DNA of 51,803 nt from an uncultured Desulfobulbaceae bacterium (GCA_903891045.1 CAITDH010000086.1:1-51803); one strand, 5' to 3'. Positions 38,114-47,754 are shown, counted from the first letter of the stretch. The notes: a model not told the origin generated them from the letters alone. Translations and numbers: made by a program.

Positions 38114-39103
38114 TCACGGCAGCCGCCTCCGGCTTCCCAGCAGCTCAAACCCGAGAAAAATCAGGGCCGCGCCCACAATCCAGGGAAAAAGCTCCTGATA
38201 ATGCTCAAATTTTTTAATGGTCCTGGTCGTGGTCTCCATACTATTGATCTCGGCATAAATCTTTTCAAGGGACGGGGTATCGGTTGCCCGGAAATAACGC
38301 GCTCCAGTCATTGCTGCCACCTTCCCCAGGGTCTCGTCATCAATATCCACCTTCGCCCGCATCAATCGTTTCCGGCCAAAGGAATCGACCACCGGCATCG
38401 GGGCCTCACCTTTGGTGCCGGCGCCAATGGTATAAACCTTTATTCCCAGTGTTTCCGCGGCCTCGGCCGCCACCAGCGGCGGCACGGCGCCGGCGTTATT
38501 CATGCCGTCGGTGAGCAGGATAAGGATGCGCGATTTCGCCTTCGGATCTTGCAGCCGGTTCACCCCAACACCAATGGCCGATCCGATAGCAGTCCCATCC
38601 TCCATCATGCCGATGGCAAGTGAACCCAGCCGCTGCAGCAGCCAGTCATGATCAAGGGTCAGAGGGCTGACCATGTAGGGCCTGCCACTGAAGGCCAGCA
38701 GGCCGATCCGGTCATTGGGCCGCTGGTCGACAAATTGCCGGATCACGGATTTAACCACATCCAGCCGGTTGGCAGGTTTACCTTGCAGGGTAAAATCAAG
38801 CGCCTCCATGGAGCCGGAGACATCCACCGCCAGCAGGATATCAATGCCACTGGCCTCGATCTCGGTAGTGGTATTGCCCAGTTGCGGCCGGGCAAAGGCC
38901 AGGATCAGCAGGGCAAGAGTCAGGAGTCTGAGGGCTGCCAGCAGACGGCCAGGCCGGGCCTTGCGGCCCTCGGCCAGAAAGGTGACCAGGGATATAGTGG
39001 AAAAGACCAGGGCCGGGGCCGCCCCTCTTTTACCTCTGACGAGCGCCAGAAGGGGTAGCAGGGCCAGCAGCCATAACAGTTGCGGATAGAGAAAACGCAT
39101 CAT
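38114..39103 (-). CDS. batA: BatA-like vWA domain protein
   Basis: N-terminal 'MMRFLYPQLLWLLALLPLL' and MIDAS 'LLAVDVSGSM'. 329 aa with a C-terminal TM helix. Confidence 0.85.
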   Translation of the reverse strand: MMRFLYPQLLWLLALLPLLALVRGKRGAAPALVFSTISLVTFLAEGRKARPGRLLAALRLLTLALLILAFARPQLGNTTTEIEASGIDILLAVDVSGSMEALDFTLQGKPANRLDVVKSVIRQFVDQRPNDRIGLLAFSGRPYMVSPLTLDHDWLLQRLGSLAIGMMEDGTAIGSAIGVGVNRLQDPKAKSRILILLTDGMNNAGAVPPLVAAEAAETLGIKVYTIGAGTKGEAPMPVVDSFGRKRLMRAKVDIDDETLGKVAAMTGARYFRATDTPSLEKIYAEINSMETTTRTIKKFEHYQELFPWIVGAALIFLGFELLGSRRRLP

Positions 39104-39771
39104 CCTTTTCCTTGTTCATCTACGGGCTGAACAGTGGCCTCAATAAAACCCTGCACCGCCTGTTCCATGGCCTCCATTTCCTGCTGGTCAGGGACGCAAT
39201 GGGCAAACTTGGCCATATCGCACTGCTCCAGACACTCCCGCAGATGATCGCGGTGTTCTGCCATGCTGCCTATGGCCTGAGGATTACTGACAAGACCTGC
39301 AAAAAATTCCCGGGTGGTCTGGCGGGTAGAGGGAATCAGGAACCTGGCCTCGACATACCGGCGCAGGACCTCAGAGAGTTGTGCGGCATAGATCAACGCC
39401 TGCCCGGGGTTCATCATCGGTCGCAAACGGGCAAGTTCGATCAGGGCGATTTCATGGGGGCCAGGCGGTTTCCGGACTTTCTTCCGTCGTTTCCAGAGGT
39501 ACAGCAACAGCCAGGAAAGCAACACGACCGCAAGGCCGATCAGGAACCAGACCAGCACACCCAATGAATCGGGCAACGCCACCGGCCCACGGATATCATG
39601 GAACGTGTCGGTTGCAGGCGCCATATTCCGGGCCATGGGGCTGGCTTGCCCCTGTTGCAGGTCAGGGACGAGCTTCAGGGGAGGATTGGCTGCCGCGCAG
39701 ATGCCAGGAGTGGCGATGCGCCCCAAGCCAAGAATCAGCGCCAGCAACAGACAGAAAATTCGTTCTCTCAT
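39100..39771 (-). CDS. DUF4381 domain protein
   Basis: 223 aa. It has 'HDIRGPV', a TM helix, a 'KRRKK' stop-transfer and 'ALIELARL'. Its position between DUF58 and batA is the usual one. Confidence 0.7.
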   Translation of the reverse strand: MRERIFCLLLALILGLGRIATPGICAAANPPLKLVPDLQQGQASPMARNMAPATDTFHDIRGPVALPDSLGVLVWFLIGLAVVLLSWLLLYLWKRRKKVRKPPGPHEIALIELARLRPMMNPGQALIYAAQLSEVLRRYVEARFLIPSTRQTTREFFAGLVSNPQAIGSMAEHRDHLRECLEQCDMAKFAHCVPDQQEMEAMEQAVQGFIEATVQPVDEQGKG

Positions 39772-40679
39772 CTCTGCCTCCTTTGCCTGGCCTTGAAAAA
39801 GTTGAGCAGGGCCGGGAGATAGGGCTGATCGGTGGACAGGTCAAGCAGATCCAGGCCGGCAAAGCGGATGGCGCGATGCAGCCTTTTCTGCTGGCTGGCC
39901 GCAAGCTCGGCATAGCCCCGGCGGATAGCAGGATCAGAGGTGTTCACCTCCACCTGGGCGCCACTCTCGGCATCTTCAAGGGTCAGCCAGCCCACATCCG
40001 GGAGTTGATGCTCCCGCGGATCGGAGACAATCATCGAGATCAGATCATGGCGCCGATTGGTGATCTGCAGCTTTGGCTGCAACCGGCTCAAGGCCTCGTC
40101 AAAGGCCCCGGGCAGACAGAAATCAGAGAGGAGAAAGGTGACACAGCGGCGTTTGGCCACCCGGTTGACAAAATCCAGGGGAAGAAGCAGATCCGTCTTT
40201 GTCCCCTGCGGCTGGAAAAACAGGATCTCACGGATCACCCGCAGGATATGGGAGCGCCCCTTTTTCGGCGGGACATACAACTCGACAAAGTCAGTGAACA
40301 GGATCAGCCCGACCTTGTCATTATTGCGCCGAGCGGAAAAGGCGAGGATAGAACCCAACTCCGCCATCATCTCCCGCTTGGAACCGGCGCCGGAACCAAA
40401 ATCGCCGGAGCTGCTGACATCAATGATCAGCATGATGGTCAACTCCCGCTCTTCCGTGAATTTCTTGATATGGGGGATACCGGTTCGGGCGGTCACGTTC
40501 CAGTCAATGGCCCGGATATCATCACCAGGCACATACTCCCGCACCTCATCAAAATTCATACCCCGGCCCTTGAAAACCGAATGGTAGTTTCCGGCGAGAG
40601 AGTCATTGACCAAGCGGCTGGTTCGCACCTCCACCTGTCTGACTTTTTTCAAAATTTCTTTGGTGATCTGGCTTTCCAT
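39768..40679 (-). CDS. DUF58 domain protein (vWA-like, MoxR partner)
   Basis: 'KEILKKVRQVEVRT', 'GNYHSVFKGRGMNFDEVREYVPGDDIRAIDW', 'IIDVSSSGDFGS'. I prefer the ATG at 40679 over the TTG at 40706. Confidence 0.88.
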   Translation of the reverse strand: MESQITKEILKKVRQVEVRTSRLVNDSLAGNYHSVFKGRGMNFDEVREYVPGDDIRAIDWNVTARTGIPHIKKFTEERELTIMLIIDVSSSGDFGSGAGSKREMMAELGSILAFSARRNNDKVGLILFTDFVELYVPPKKGRSHILRVIREILFFQPQGTKTDLLLPLDFVNRVAKRRCVTFLLSDFCLPGAFDEALSRLQPKLQITNRRHDLISMIVSDPREHQLPDVGWLTLEDAESGAQVEVNTSDPAIRRGYAELAASQQKRLHRAIRFAGLDLLDLSTDQPYLPALLNFFKARQRRQR

Positions 40680-40722
40680 GGCAACAATGGACAAATTAAT
40701 TTTCAAGCATCAACGAAACGGG

Positions 40723-40848
40723 AATGGCTAAGCGAAAAGGCCCAAAGACAAGGCGCGCCCATCCTGAGGAATGAGGCGTACTGTTGGGTACGCCGCAGTG
40801 ACGAAGGAGGGAGCGCAACGCAGTATTTGGGCCTTTGCGCGACGCCAT
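40723..40848. repeat. MITE-like palindromic repeat, family C, copy 1 (between moxR and DUF58)
   Basis: AATGGCTAAGCGAAAAGGCCCAAAGACAAGGCGCGCC...AGCGCAACGCAGTATTTGGGCCTTTGCGCGACGCCAT. The arms are mutually complementary. It is homologous to 44548-44725 and abuts the moxR stop codon. Confidence 0.8.
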
Positions 40849-41913
40849 TCAAGGAACCGGCACCGTATCCAGTATCTTTCGAATGATCTCTTCACTGGTA
40901 ATCCCCTCAGCCTCCGCCTCGTAGCTGATCCGCAGCCGGTGCCGCATCACATCCATGGCCGCCGATTTCACGTCATCAGGGGTCACATAGCCGCGACCCG
41001 CCAGAAAGGCCAGGGCCCGGGAGACGGCCTTCAGATTGATAGTGGCCCGGGGAGAAACGCCGGTCTCGATATAGTCATGCAGGTCAAGCTGGAAACTCTT
41101 CGGGTCGCGAGTGGCAAAGACCAGAGAGATGATATAGTCCTTGATCTTGTCATCCATGTAGATAGTATCAACCACCTGACGGGAGGCGAAGATATCCGCC
41201 GGATGGGCAACCGGATTGACCTGAATCGCCGAATCGGTATGATTAACCGCATCAAGGATCAGCCGCTCCTGGATCCTGCTGGGATAATCGACCACCACCT
41301 TGAGCATGAAACGGTCGATCTGGGCCTCGGGCAGGGGATAGGTACCCTCCTGTTCGATGGGGTTCTGGGTGGCCAGCACCAGAAAGAGTTCCGGCAGCTT
41401 GAAGGTGGAATCGCCGATGGTCACCTGTCTCTCCTGCATGGCCTCAAGGAGTGCGGATTGGACCTTGGCCGGGGCCCGGTTGATCTCATCAGCCAGAATC
41501 AAAGAAGAGAAGATCGGCCCCTTTTTTATCTCAAAAGAGGTGTCTTTCGGGTTGTAGATCTGGGTGCCGAGGATATCGGCCGGCAGCATGTCCGGGGTAA
41601 ACTGAATCCGCCGGAAGTCACTGTGCACGGCCATGGCCAGGGTCTTGACCGCCAGGGTCTTGGCCAGGCCCGGCAGTCCTTCCAGCAGGATATGGCCGCC
41701 GGTGAGCAGCCCCACCAGCAGCCGCTCAACCAGGTGTTCCTGGCCGATGATCACCTTGGCCATCTCCTGGCGCAGGAGCCCCAGCCAGGCAGAACTGTAT
41801 CGAACCTTGTCGTTGATGGCCTGGATGGAGGTGAAGGTATCCTCTTGCTGGTGCGGAACGGGCGAAGATGGTGACAGAGGAGGGAAAAGTGAAGGATTGG
41901 TCTGAGTGGTCAT
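40849..41913 (-). CDS. moxR: MoxR-family AAA+ ATPase
   Basis: Walker A 'LLEGLPGLAKT', Walker B 'ILADEINRA', 'VLATQNPIEQEGTYPLPEAQIDRF'. Start set at the ATG at 41913 with a GGAG SD. Confidence 0.92.
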   Translation of the reverse strand: MTTQTNPSLFPPLSPSSPVPHQQEDTFTSIQAINDKVRYSSAWLGLLRQEMAKVIIGQEHLVERLLVGLLTGGHILLEGLPGLAKTLAVKTLAMAVHSDFRRIQFTPDMLPADILGTQIYNPKDTSFEIKKGPIFSSLILADEINRAPAKVQSALLEAMQERQVTIGDSTFKLPELFLVLATQNPIEQEGTYPLPEAQIDRFMLKVVVDYPSRIQERLILDAVNHTDSAIQVNPVAHPADIFASRQVVDTIYMDDKIKDYIISLVFATRDPKSFQLDLHDYIETGVSPRATINLKAVSRALAFLAGRGYVTPDDVKSAAMDVMRHRLRISYEAEAEGITSEEIIRKILDTVPVP

Positions 41914-42151
41914 GGAAACTCCATTCTTGAAAAGAAAAATAACCCGGCAGCCAGTCTTCAACCATCAATGAACAACTTGACACTGCCGCTTGGTACGGAA
42001 TTTATATAATCATTCCGATTTCAACTGGCAACGTACTCTGTGCTGAGAACAATGGACAAATATATTTGCTTCATGTTTCGTTTTTAATAGATAATGATTA
42101 CAGAATGATTATTGAAATGGTATAATACTCTATTCTGAGTTCAAGAGGTCT

Positions 42152-42781
42152 ATGGAAAAAGAACGCTATCTAAGAGAGTTGTATACAAGAAATCCGCCTG
42201 GCTCCTTAGACAAGCTGAAAAATAAGGTGGTAGGCATTGCCGGTGCCGGGGGACTGGGATCAAATATCGCGATCAGCCTGCTTCGTGCCGGGGTCCAGCG
42301 ATTCATCATTGCTGATTATGACCGGGTGGAACTAAGCAATCTCAATCGGCAATATTATTTCCTTGATCAAGTAGGGATGAAAAAAACAGCAGCCCTGCAT
42401 CAGAACCTGCTGCGCATCAATCCCCATGTCCAGGCAACATTGCATGACACCCGGATCACGGCTGACAATCTGACCGATATCTTTACGGAGGCCCATCTCC
42501 TGATTGAGGCCTTTGATGACCCCGAGATGAAGGCCATGGCTGCGAACCGCTGGCTGCAATCTTTTCCGGATCGCTTTATTATTACCGGTTCAGGAATTTC
42601 CGGGTACGGCATGATGAGCACCCTTGGCACCACCGTCTACGGCAAACTGATTATTTGCGGCGACCAGAAGACTCAATACACCAAAGAGATTGGCCTGACC
42701 GCCCCACGCATAGGGCTTGTCGCCCAGATGCAGGCCAATGCCGCCCTGGAAATTCTCCTGGATGGCACAATAACCTGTTGA
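42152..42781 (+). CDS. thiF: Short ThiF-type adenylyltransferase (ThiS adenylyltransferase-like)
   Basis: 209 aa. 'VVGIAGAGGLGSNIAISLLRAGVQRFIIADYDRVELSNLNRQ'. TGgTATAAT extended -10 at 42118-42126. Confidence 0.8.
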   Translation: MEKERYLRELYTRNPPGSLDKLKNKVVGIAGAGGLGSNIAISLLRAGVQRFIIADYDRVELSNLNRQYYFLDQVGMKKTAALHQNLLRINPHVQATLHDTRITADNLTDIFTEAHLLIEAFDDPEMKAMAANRWLQSFPDRFIITGSGISGYGMMSTLGTTVYGKLIICGDQKTQYTKEIGLTAPRIGLVAQMQANAALEILLDGTITC

Positions 42782-42818
42782 TCGCGGGGAACATCCCTGA
42801 CAATCAACCTGATCCAAA

Positions 42819-44522
42819 GTGATTATGAACAAGCAAAATCTGTCTCCAGTTACATTTTTCTGCAATCGCTATCTGGTCTTTTTCTGCTTTCTTCTGGCCT
42901 ATTCCTTTGTACTGTCTTTATGGGGAGGCCTGCCACCCCTCTGGTCCAGTCTGCGCCTGGAGGCCCCGTTACTCCTGTATTGCTATTTTCTCTGTAACTA
43001 TCTGCTGAAAAAATCACGCTGGCAACCCTGGCTGGCCGCCCTGCCACTGGTTCTCGCCTATACCATTGCCGACATCTATCATATGGCATACGGCCGCTTT
43101 GGTCGGATAGTGGAAGTTGGTGAGATCCCTGAGCTTCTTGAGGTTTTGCCTTTTCGTTATGTCGCCCTGATTGGTCTTGTTGGCACCATTTCCTTTCTGG
43201 TCCTGATTGTCTCTCTGGACTGGAGACATTGGCGTCGAGGTCTGATTGCATCCTTGCCGGCACTGGCGCTGATCTTTGTCGTTGAACTTGCTCCCGGCAG
43301 CTTCCTGACCGCGTTCCAGATCCTGGGTAAAGATGTAGTGGAGTGGTCAGATGCTCTCAGCGTCGACAATAATGGGCGATTCACCATGGTGGCCTACTTT
43401 GAGGCCCTGCGTAAAAATTCTATTCAGAAAACCCTGGCCTTCCGCCAAAAACATGAATTTATCGACCAGATGGCCGCGCTGTCTCAACAGATCAAGGCGT
43501 CAGCCAAGAACCGGAACGTGCATCTGGTCGTTCTCGAAAGCTTTCTGGATCCAAAGCTCTTTTCCGGTCTGAAGTTTTCTCAACCCCCGACCGCCCCGGC
43601 CTTCACCAAATTGATCGGCAAGACAGACACCTATTCCATCTCCCCTGTTTTTGGCGGCGGCACAGCCCAGGCCGAATTTGAGGTTCTCTGTGGAGTGCCC
43701 GCCTTCAGGGCCCTCTCCGGGGTTGAATTTACTGTTTTTACCGGGGTCAAGACATCCTGCCTGCCATCCGTCCTCGACGATGCCGGGTACCACACTATGG
43801 CCTCCAACGCCTCTAAACCCAATTTTTTTAATGCTATTCCGGCCTACAAGGGAACAGGTTTTCAAAATATCTTTTTTCCCAAAGAAAATGCCCCCGATAT
43901 GGATACCTATCTGAGCGCTGGCGACGTCAAAAAGGAATGGTATATGTTTGACGGAAAGTTGTTCAACCAGAATCTGGCGTATGTCGGTCAATATCTCAAG
44001 GATCATCCGGGGCAGCCACTGTTCAATTATGTTATGAGTATTTACGGCCACACCCCCCATTACATGGATGAAGCCATCCGTCCCAAATTCATCAAACTCC
44101 TGTCTAAACAGAAGGATGAGCAGCTTGAGGGGGCCGTCAACCAGCATTATTACCGCACCGAGGCAATCGCCCAATATGTCCAGGGCCTGCTGAAGATTGA
44201 TCCGCACAGCATTATCATCCTGGTCAGCGATCATGTCCCGCCCCTGTCTTGTGGCCCGGATACCTATAAAAAATTCCAATACATGAAAAACATTGACAAC
44301 AGTGTCTACTACAATCGCATTGTTATTATCGAAAATGGTAAGACCATGCAATACGACACTATTCACCATTATGACGTGCCCAAGCTTATTGCCAATTATC
44401 TGACCGATGGTGTCTATTGCCGCAACAAGCAATGCAGTTTCATAAAAAAGACCATCGCCGACCAATCCCCCACCAATAGTCAGGATGACTACATGACGAT
44501 CATGGCCCATGCCACTATGTAA
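42819..44522 (+). CDS. LTA-synthase / sulfatase-family membrane protein (alkaline-phosphatase superfamily)
   Basis: Five N-terminal TM helices followed by an extracytoplasmic sulfatase domain: 'VHLVVLESFLDP', 'GGGTAQAEFEVLCG', 'ILVSDHVPP'. Confidence 0.85.
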   Translation: MIMNKQNLSPVTFFCNRYLVFFCFLLAYSFVLSLWGGLPPLWSSLRLEAPLLLYCYFLCNYLLKKSRWQPWLAALPLVLAYTIADIYHMAYGRFGRIVEVGEIPELLEVLPFRYVALIGLVGTISFLVLIVSLDWRHWRRGLIASLPALALIFVVELAPGSFLTAFQILGKDVVEWSDALSVDNNGRFTMVAYFEALRKNSIQKTLAFRQKHEFIDQMAALSQQIKASAKNRNVHLVVLESFLDPKLFSGLKFSQPPTAPAFTKLIGKTDTYSISPVFGGGTAQAEFEVLCGVPAFRALSGVEFTVFTGVKTSCLPSVLDDAGYHTMASNASKPNFFNAIPAYKGTGFQNIFFPKENAPDMDTYLSAGDVKKEWYMFDGKLFNQNLAYVGQYLKDHPGQPLFNYVMSIYGHTPHYMDEAIRPKFIKLLSKQKDEQLEGAVNQHYYRTEAIAQYVQGLLKIDPHSIIILVSDHVPPLSCGPDTYKKFQYMKNIDNSVYYNRIVIIENGKTMQYDTIHHYDVPKLIANYLTDGVYCRNKQCSFIKKTIADQSPTNSQDDYMTIMAHATM

Positions 44523-44547
44523 AGAACTCAAGGCCAGTCTTCAAAGA

Positions 44548-44725
44548 AATGGCTAAGCGAAAAAGACCAAAGACAAGGCGCACAAATCGTGAGGAATGAG
44601 GGCCGCTCTTTAACCATCCATGGAGCGAGCGGCACTGGGGCGTCCATGCCCTGCGCGTACAATCGGTACACCGCAATGACGAAGGATGCAGCGCAACGCA
44701 GTATTTGGGCTTTTTGCGACGCCAT
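44548..44725. repeat. MITE-like palindromic repeat, family C, copy 2 (longer variant)
   Basis: Same termini as 40723-40848 (AATGGCTAAGCGAAAAAGACCAAAGACAAGGCGC ... GCGCAACGCAGTATTTGGGCTTTTTGCGACGCCAT), with about 52 extra central nt. Confidence 0.8.
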
Positions 44726-44754
44726 CACAAATACATACCAGGAGTAAACAACAG

Positions 44755-45312
44755 ATGGGCAAACAGATGGTCATGTCGGTCATGTCCAAGGATCGGCCAG
44801 GCATTGTCGCCGATATCACCGGCGTCATTTATCAATTGCAGGGGGATCTGGCGGATCTGAACCAGTCCGTCCTCTTTGATTATTTTACCATGATCCTCAT
44901 TGCTACCTTTGATGACGCGGTAACCCCCGAGGATGTGGTGGCTGGTTTTTCCCATATCCAGTCTGAAACCAAACTGGAGGTAGTGGTCAAAGAGATGGAC
45001 ACCCCCATGGAGGTCGCCAAGGCCAAGAGGCTAAAAGAAACCTATGTCTTGACCGCCCAGGGAAAAAACAAAAGTGGCCTGGTGCACCGGATTGGTCTCT
45101 TTTGCTATCAACATGGAATCAATATCCTCGATCTTGCCACCACCCTCAGTGGTGATCAGTACACCATGATCCTGCAACTTGATCTCAGCCAGGTAAAATC
45201 GGTGGACACGATCCGCACCAGCCTTACCGGTTATGCCGAAGAAAGCGGCCTGACCGTCGTTCTCCAGCATGAAGATATCTTCAAAGCCACCAGCGAGATC
45301 AGTCTGTTTTAA
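44755..45312 (+). CDS. Tandem ACT-domain protein
   Basis: 'VMSVMSKDRPGIVADITGVI' and 'VLTAQGKNKSGLVHRIGLF' are two ACT signatures. AGGAG SD 9 nt upstream. The upstream part of the tracked ORF lies in repeat C2. Confidence 0.8.
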   Translation: MGKQMVMSVMSKDRPGIVADITGVIYQLQGDLADLNQSVLFDYFTMILIATFDDAVTPEDVVAGFSHIQSETKLEVVVKEMDTPMEVAKAKRLKETYVLTAQGKNKSGLVHRIGLFCYQHGINILDLATTLSGDQYTMILQLDLSQVKSVDTIRTSLTGYAEESGLTVVLQHEDIFKATSEISLF

Positions 45313-45370
45313 TTCTGTTGTCCCCCCTTGTGTTGATGTTTTTCTTCTAAAAATCTGGAGTAAGACCATT

Positions 45371-46750
45371 ATGTTACGATCAGACCATATTCTTGCAACC
45401 GTTGAGATGATTCAAAAGGAAAATCTTGATGTACGCGCTGTGACCATGGGCATCAATCTTCTCGACTGCCGGGGTGGTGATGTCCGGGAGACCTGTCGCC
45501 GGGTGGAAGAAAAGATCGGCACGGTGGCTGCTCATTTTGTGGCCACCTGCGATCAGGTAAGTAAAAAATATGGAATTCCGGTGGTCAATAAACGGATATC
45601 AGTCACCCCCATTGCCTTTGTCGGGGCCGGTTTTGATCGCCATGGATTTGTGGAGCTGGCCCTGGCCCTTGACCGTGCCGCCGCAGCCGTCGGCGTCGAT
45701 ATCCTCGGCGGATTCTCGGCCCAGGTCGAAAAAGGGATGACGGCCACCGACCGGGAATATATCGCCTCCATCCCCGAAGCCCTGGCCCGGACGGAAAAGA
45801 TCTGCGCCTCCATCAATATTGCCAGCAGCCAGAAGGGAATCAACATGGACGCCCTGGCCCTGATCGGGCAAACAGTCAAGGCCCTGGCCGAAACTACCCG
45901 CGACCAGAATGGTTTCGGCGCCGCCAAATTTGTCGTCTTCTGTAATCAGCCGGGGGATAACCCCTTTATGGCCGGCGCCATCCATGGCCTGGAAGAGGCG
46001 GACCTGGTGCTCAACGTCGGCGTCAGCGGCCCAGGGGTCATTGCCCGAGCCCTGGAAAGACTGATTCACACCAAGGGACGGGAAAATCTCGGACTCGATG
46101 ATATTGCCGAAGAGATCAAGCAGACCACCTTCCGGGTGACCCGCTGCGGCGAGCTGATCGGCCGCAAGGTTTCAGAGGAGATGGGGATTGAGTTTGGAGT
46201 GGTTGACCTGTCACTGGCCCCGACCCCAACCGTTGGCGACAGCGTCGGTGAGATCCTGCAGATCCTGGGCGTTGATGTGGTTGGCGCGCCCGGCTCCACC
46301 GCAATACTTGCCATGCTCAATGACGCGGTAAAAAAAGGCGGTATCTTTGCTAGCAAGGCTGTAGGTGGTCTGAGCGGCGCCTTTATTCCGGTGATGGAGG
46401 ACGCGGTGCTGGCAGAGGCGGTTGGCAGCGGGGCGCTGTGTCTGGAAAAGCTGGAGGCCATGACCTGCGTCTGCTCGGTTGGACTCGACATGATCCCGGT
46501 TCCCGGCTCAGTGGATGCCGACACCATCTCGGCAATCATTGCCGATGAAATGGCCTTGGGGATGATCAACAACAAGACCACCGCCGTCCGCCTGATTCCT
46601 GTTCCCGGCAAAGAGGCCGGAGAACTCGTCAGTTTTGGCGGCCTCTTCGGGGCCAGCCCGATCATGCCGGTCCGCAATGTGGGCAAGTCCCACCGCTTCA
46701 TCGCCTGGGGCGGCAGGATCCCCGCACCGCTGCACAGTTTCAAGAACTGA
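45371..46750 (+). CDS. UPF0210 / DUF711 family protein
   Basis: About 459 aa. 'ILATVEMIQKENLDVRAVTMGINLLDC' is a typical DUF711 N-terminus. GGAG SD. It is paired with the upstream ACT gene, as is usual for this family. Confidence 0.8.
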   Translation: MLRSDHILATVEMIQKENLDVRAVTMGINLLDCRGGDVRETCRRVEEKIGTVAAHFVATCDQVSKKYGIPVVNKRISVTPIAFVGAGFDRHGFVELALALDRAAAAVGVDILGGFSAQVEKGMTATDREYIASIPEALARTEKICASINIASSQKGINMDALALIGQTVKALAETTRDQNGFGAAKFVVFCNQPGDNPFMAGAIHGLEEADLVLNVGVSGPGVIARALERLIHTKGRENLGLDDIAEEIKQTTFRVTRCGELIGRKVSEEMGIEFGVVDLSLAPTPTVGDSVGEILQILGVDVVGAPGSTAILAMLNDAVKKGGIFASKAVGGLSGAFIPVMEDAVLAEAVGSGALCLEKLEAMTCVCSVGLDMIPVPGSVDADTISAIIADEMALGMINNKTTAVRLIPVPGKEAGELVSFGGLFGASPIMPVRNVGKSHRFIAWGGRIPAPLHSFKN

Positions 46751-46872
46751 TTGAGAACAATCCAGTTCAATTGAAGCAATATCTTTCAGGAATACTTGTG
46801 GGACGTCCCGCAAGATTGTATAGTTGCTGACCGAAATTAAATACTTTTTTCCAAAAAAACAAACAGGACACC

Positions 46873-47754
46873 ATGCGCAAAGGTATCATACTGGCCGGCG
46901 GTTCCGGCACTAGGCTGCACCCCCTTACCCATTCCGTAAGCAAGCAGCTCATGCCGATCTATGACAAGCCGATGATCTATTATCCCCTCTCGACCCTGAT
47001 GCTGACCGGGATCAGGGAAATCCTCATTATTACCACGCCGGCTGACAAGCCACTGTTTCAGAACCTGCTGGGGGACGGCAGCCAATGGGGGCTTGAGCTG
47101 AGTTATGCGGTGCAGCCCAGCCCGGACGGTCTGGCTCAGGCCTTTCTGATCGGGGAAGATTTTATTGGTGACAGCCCGGTCACCCTGATCCTGGGCGATA
47201 ATATCTTTCACGCCGAAGGATTGTCCCACAAACTGCAACTCGTCAGTCAGCAGGAGCATGGGGCCACGGTCTTCGGCTATTATGTGCAACGACCTGAACG
47301 CTATGGCGTGGTGGTCTTTGACAAAGAAGGCAAGGTCATTGACCTGGAAGAAAAACCGGCTCAGCCCAAATCATTCTATGCCGTCACCGGTCTTTATTTT
47401 TATGACAATGAGGTGGTGGAGATTGCCAAGACCATCCGTCCCTCAGAACGTGGCGAACTGGAAATCACCGATGTCAACCGGGAATATCTCAAGCGCGGCG
47501 CCTTGCAGGTCGAGATCCTCAGCCGCGGCACGGCCTGGCTGGATACCGGCACTCACGCCTCACTCCTTGATGCCGCCAATTTTGTCCGAGTCATTGAGGA
47601 TCGACAGGGACTGAAGATCGCCTGCCCGGAAGAGATCGCCTTCCGCATGGGATACATCAACCTCAAAGAGCTGGAGGCGCTGGCTACACCTTTATCCAAG
47701 AATGGCTATGGCGCCTATCTGCACTCTATCTGCCACATGGAGGGTCAGCCATGA
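46873..47754 (+). CDS. rfbA: Glucose-1-phosphate thymidylyltransferase
   Basis: '[19 protein letters not shown]' and 'LGDNIF'. 293 aa. Confidence 0.95.
   Translation: MRKGIILAGGSGTRLHPLTHSVSKQLMPIYDKPMIYYPLSTLMLTGIREILIITTPADKPLFQNLLGDGSQWGLELSYAVQPSPDGLAQAFLIGEDFIGDSPVTLILGDNIFHAEGLSHKLQLVSQQEHGATVFGYYVQRPERYGVVVFDKEGKVIDLEEKPAQPKSFYAVTGLYFYDNEVVEIAKTIRPSERGELEITDVNREYLKRGALQVEILSRGTAWLDTGTHASLLDAANFVRVIEDRQGLKIACPEEIAFRMGYINLKELEALATPLSKNGYGAYLHSICHMEGQP

Noticed and set aside
41962-42151. Possible TPP riboswitch upstream of thiF.
   Set aside because: Only an isolated CTGAGA hexamer is present. The conserved ACCTGATCTGGATAATGCCAGCG-like core and P1-P5 architecture are absent.
44528-44728. 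66-aa ORF (MMASQKAQILRCAAS...) and the 65-aa ORF at 14208-14405 (...SPHPNPLSTG).
   Set aside because: Both lie entirely within repeat elements (family C and family A/B). Their reading frames are by-products of the palindromic repeats.
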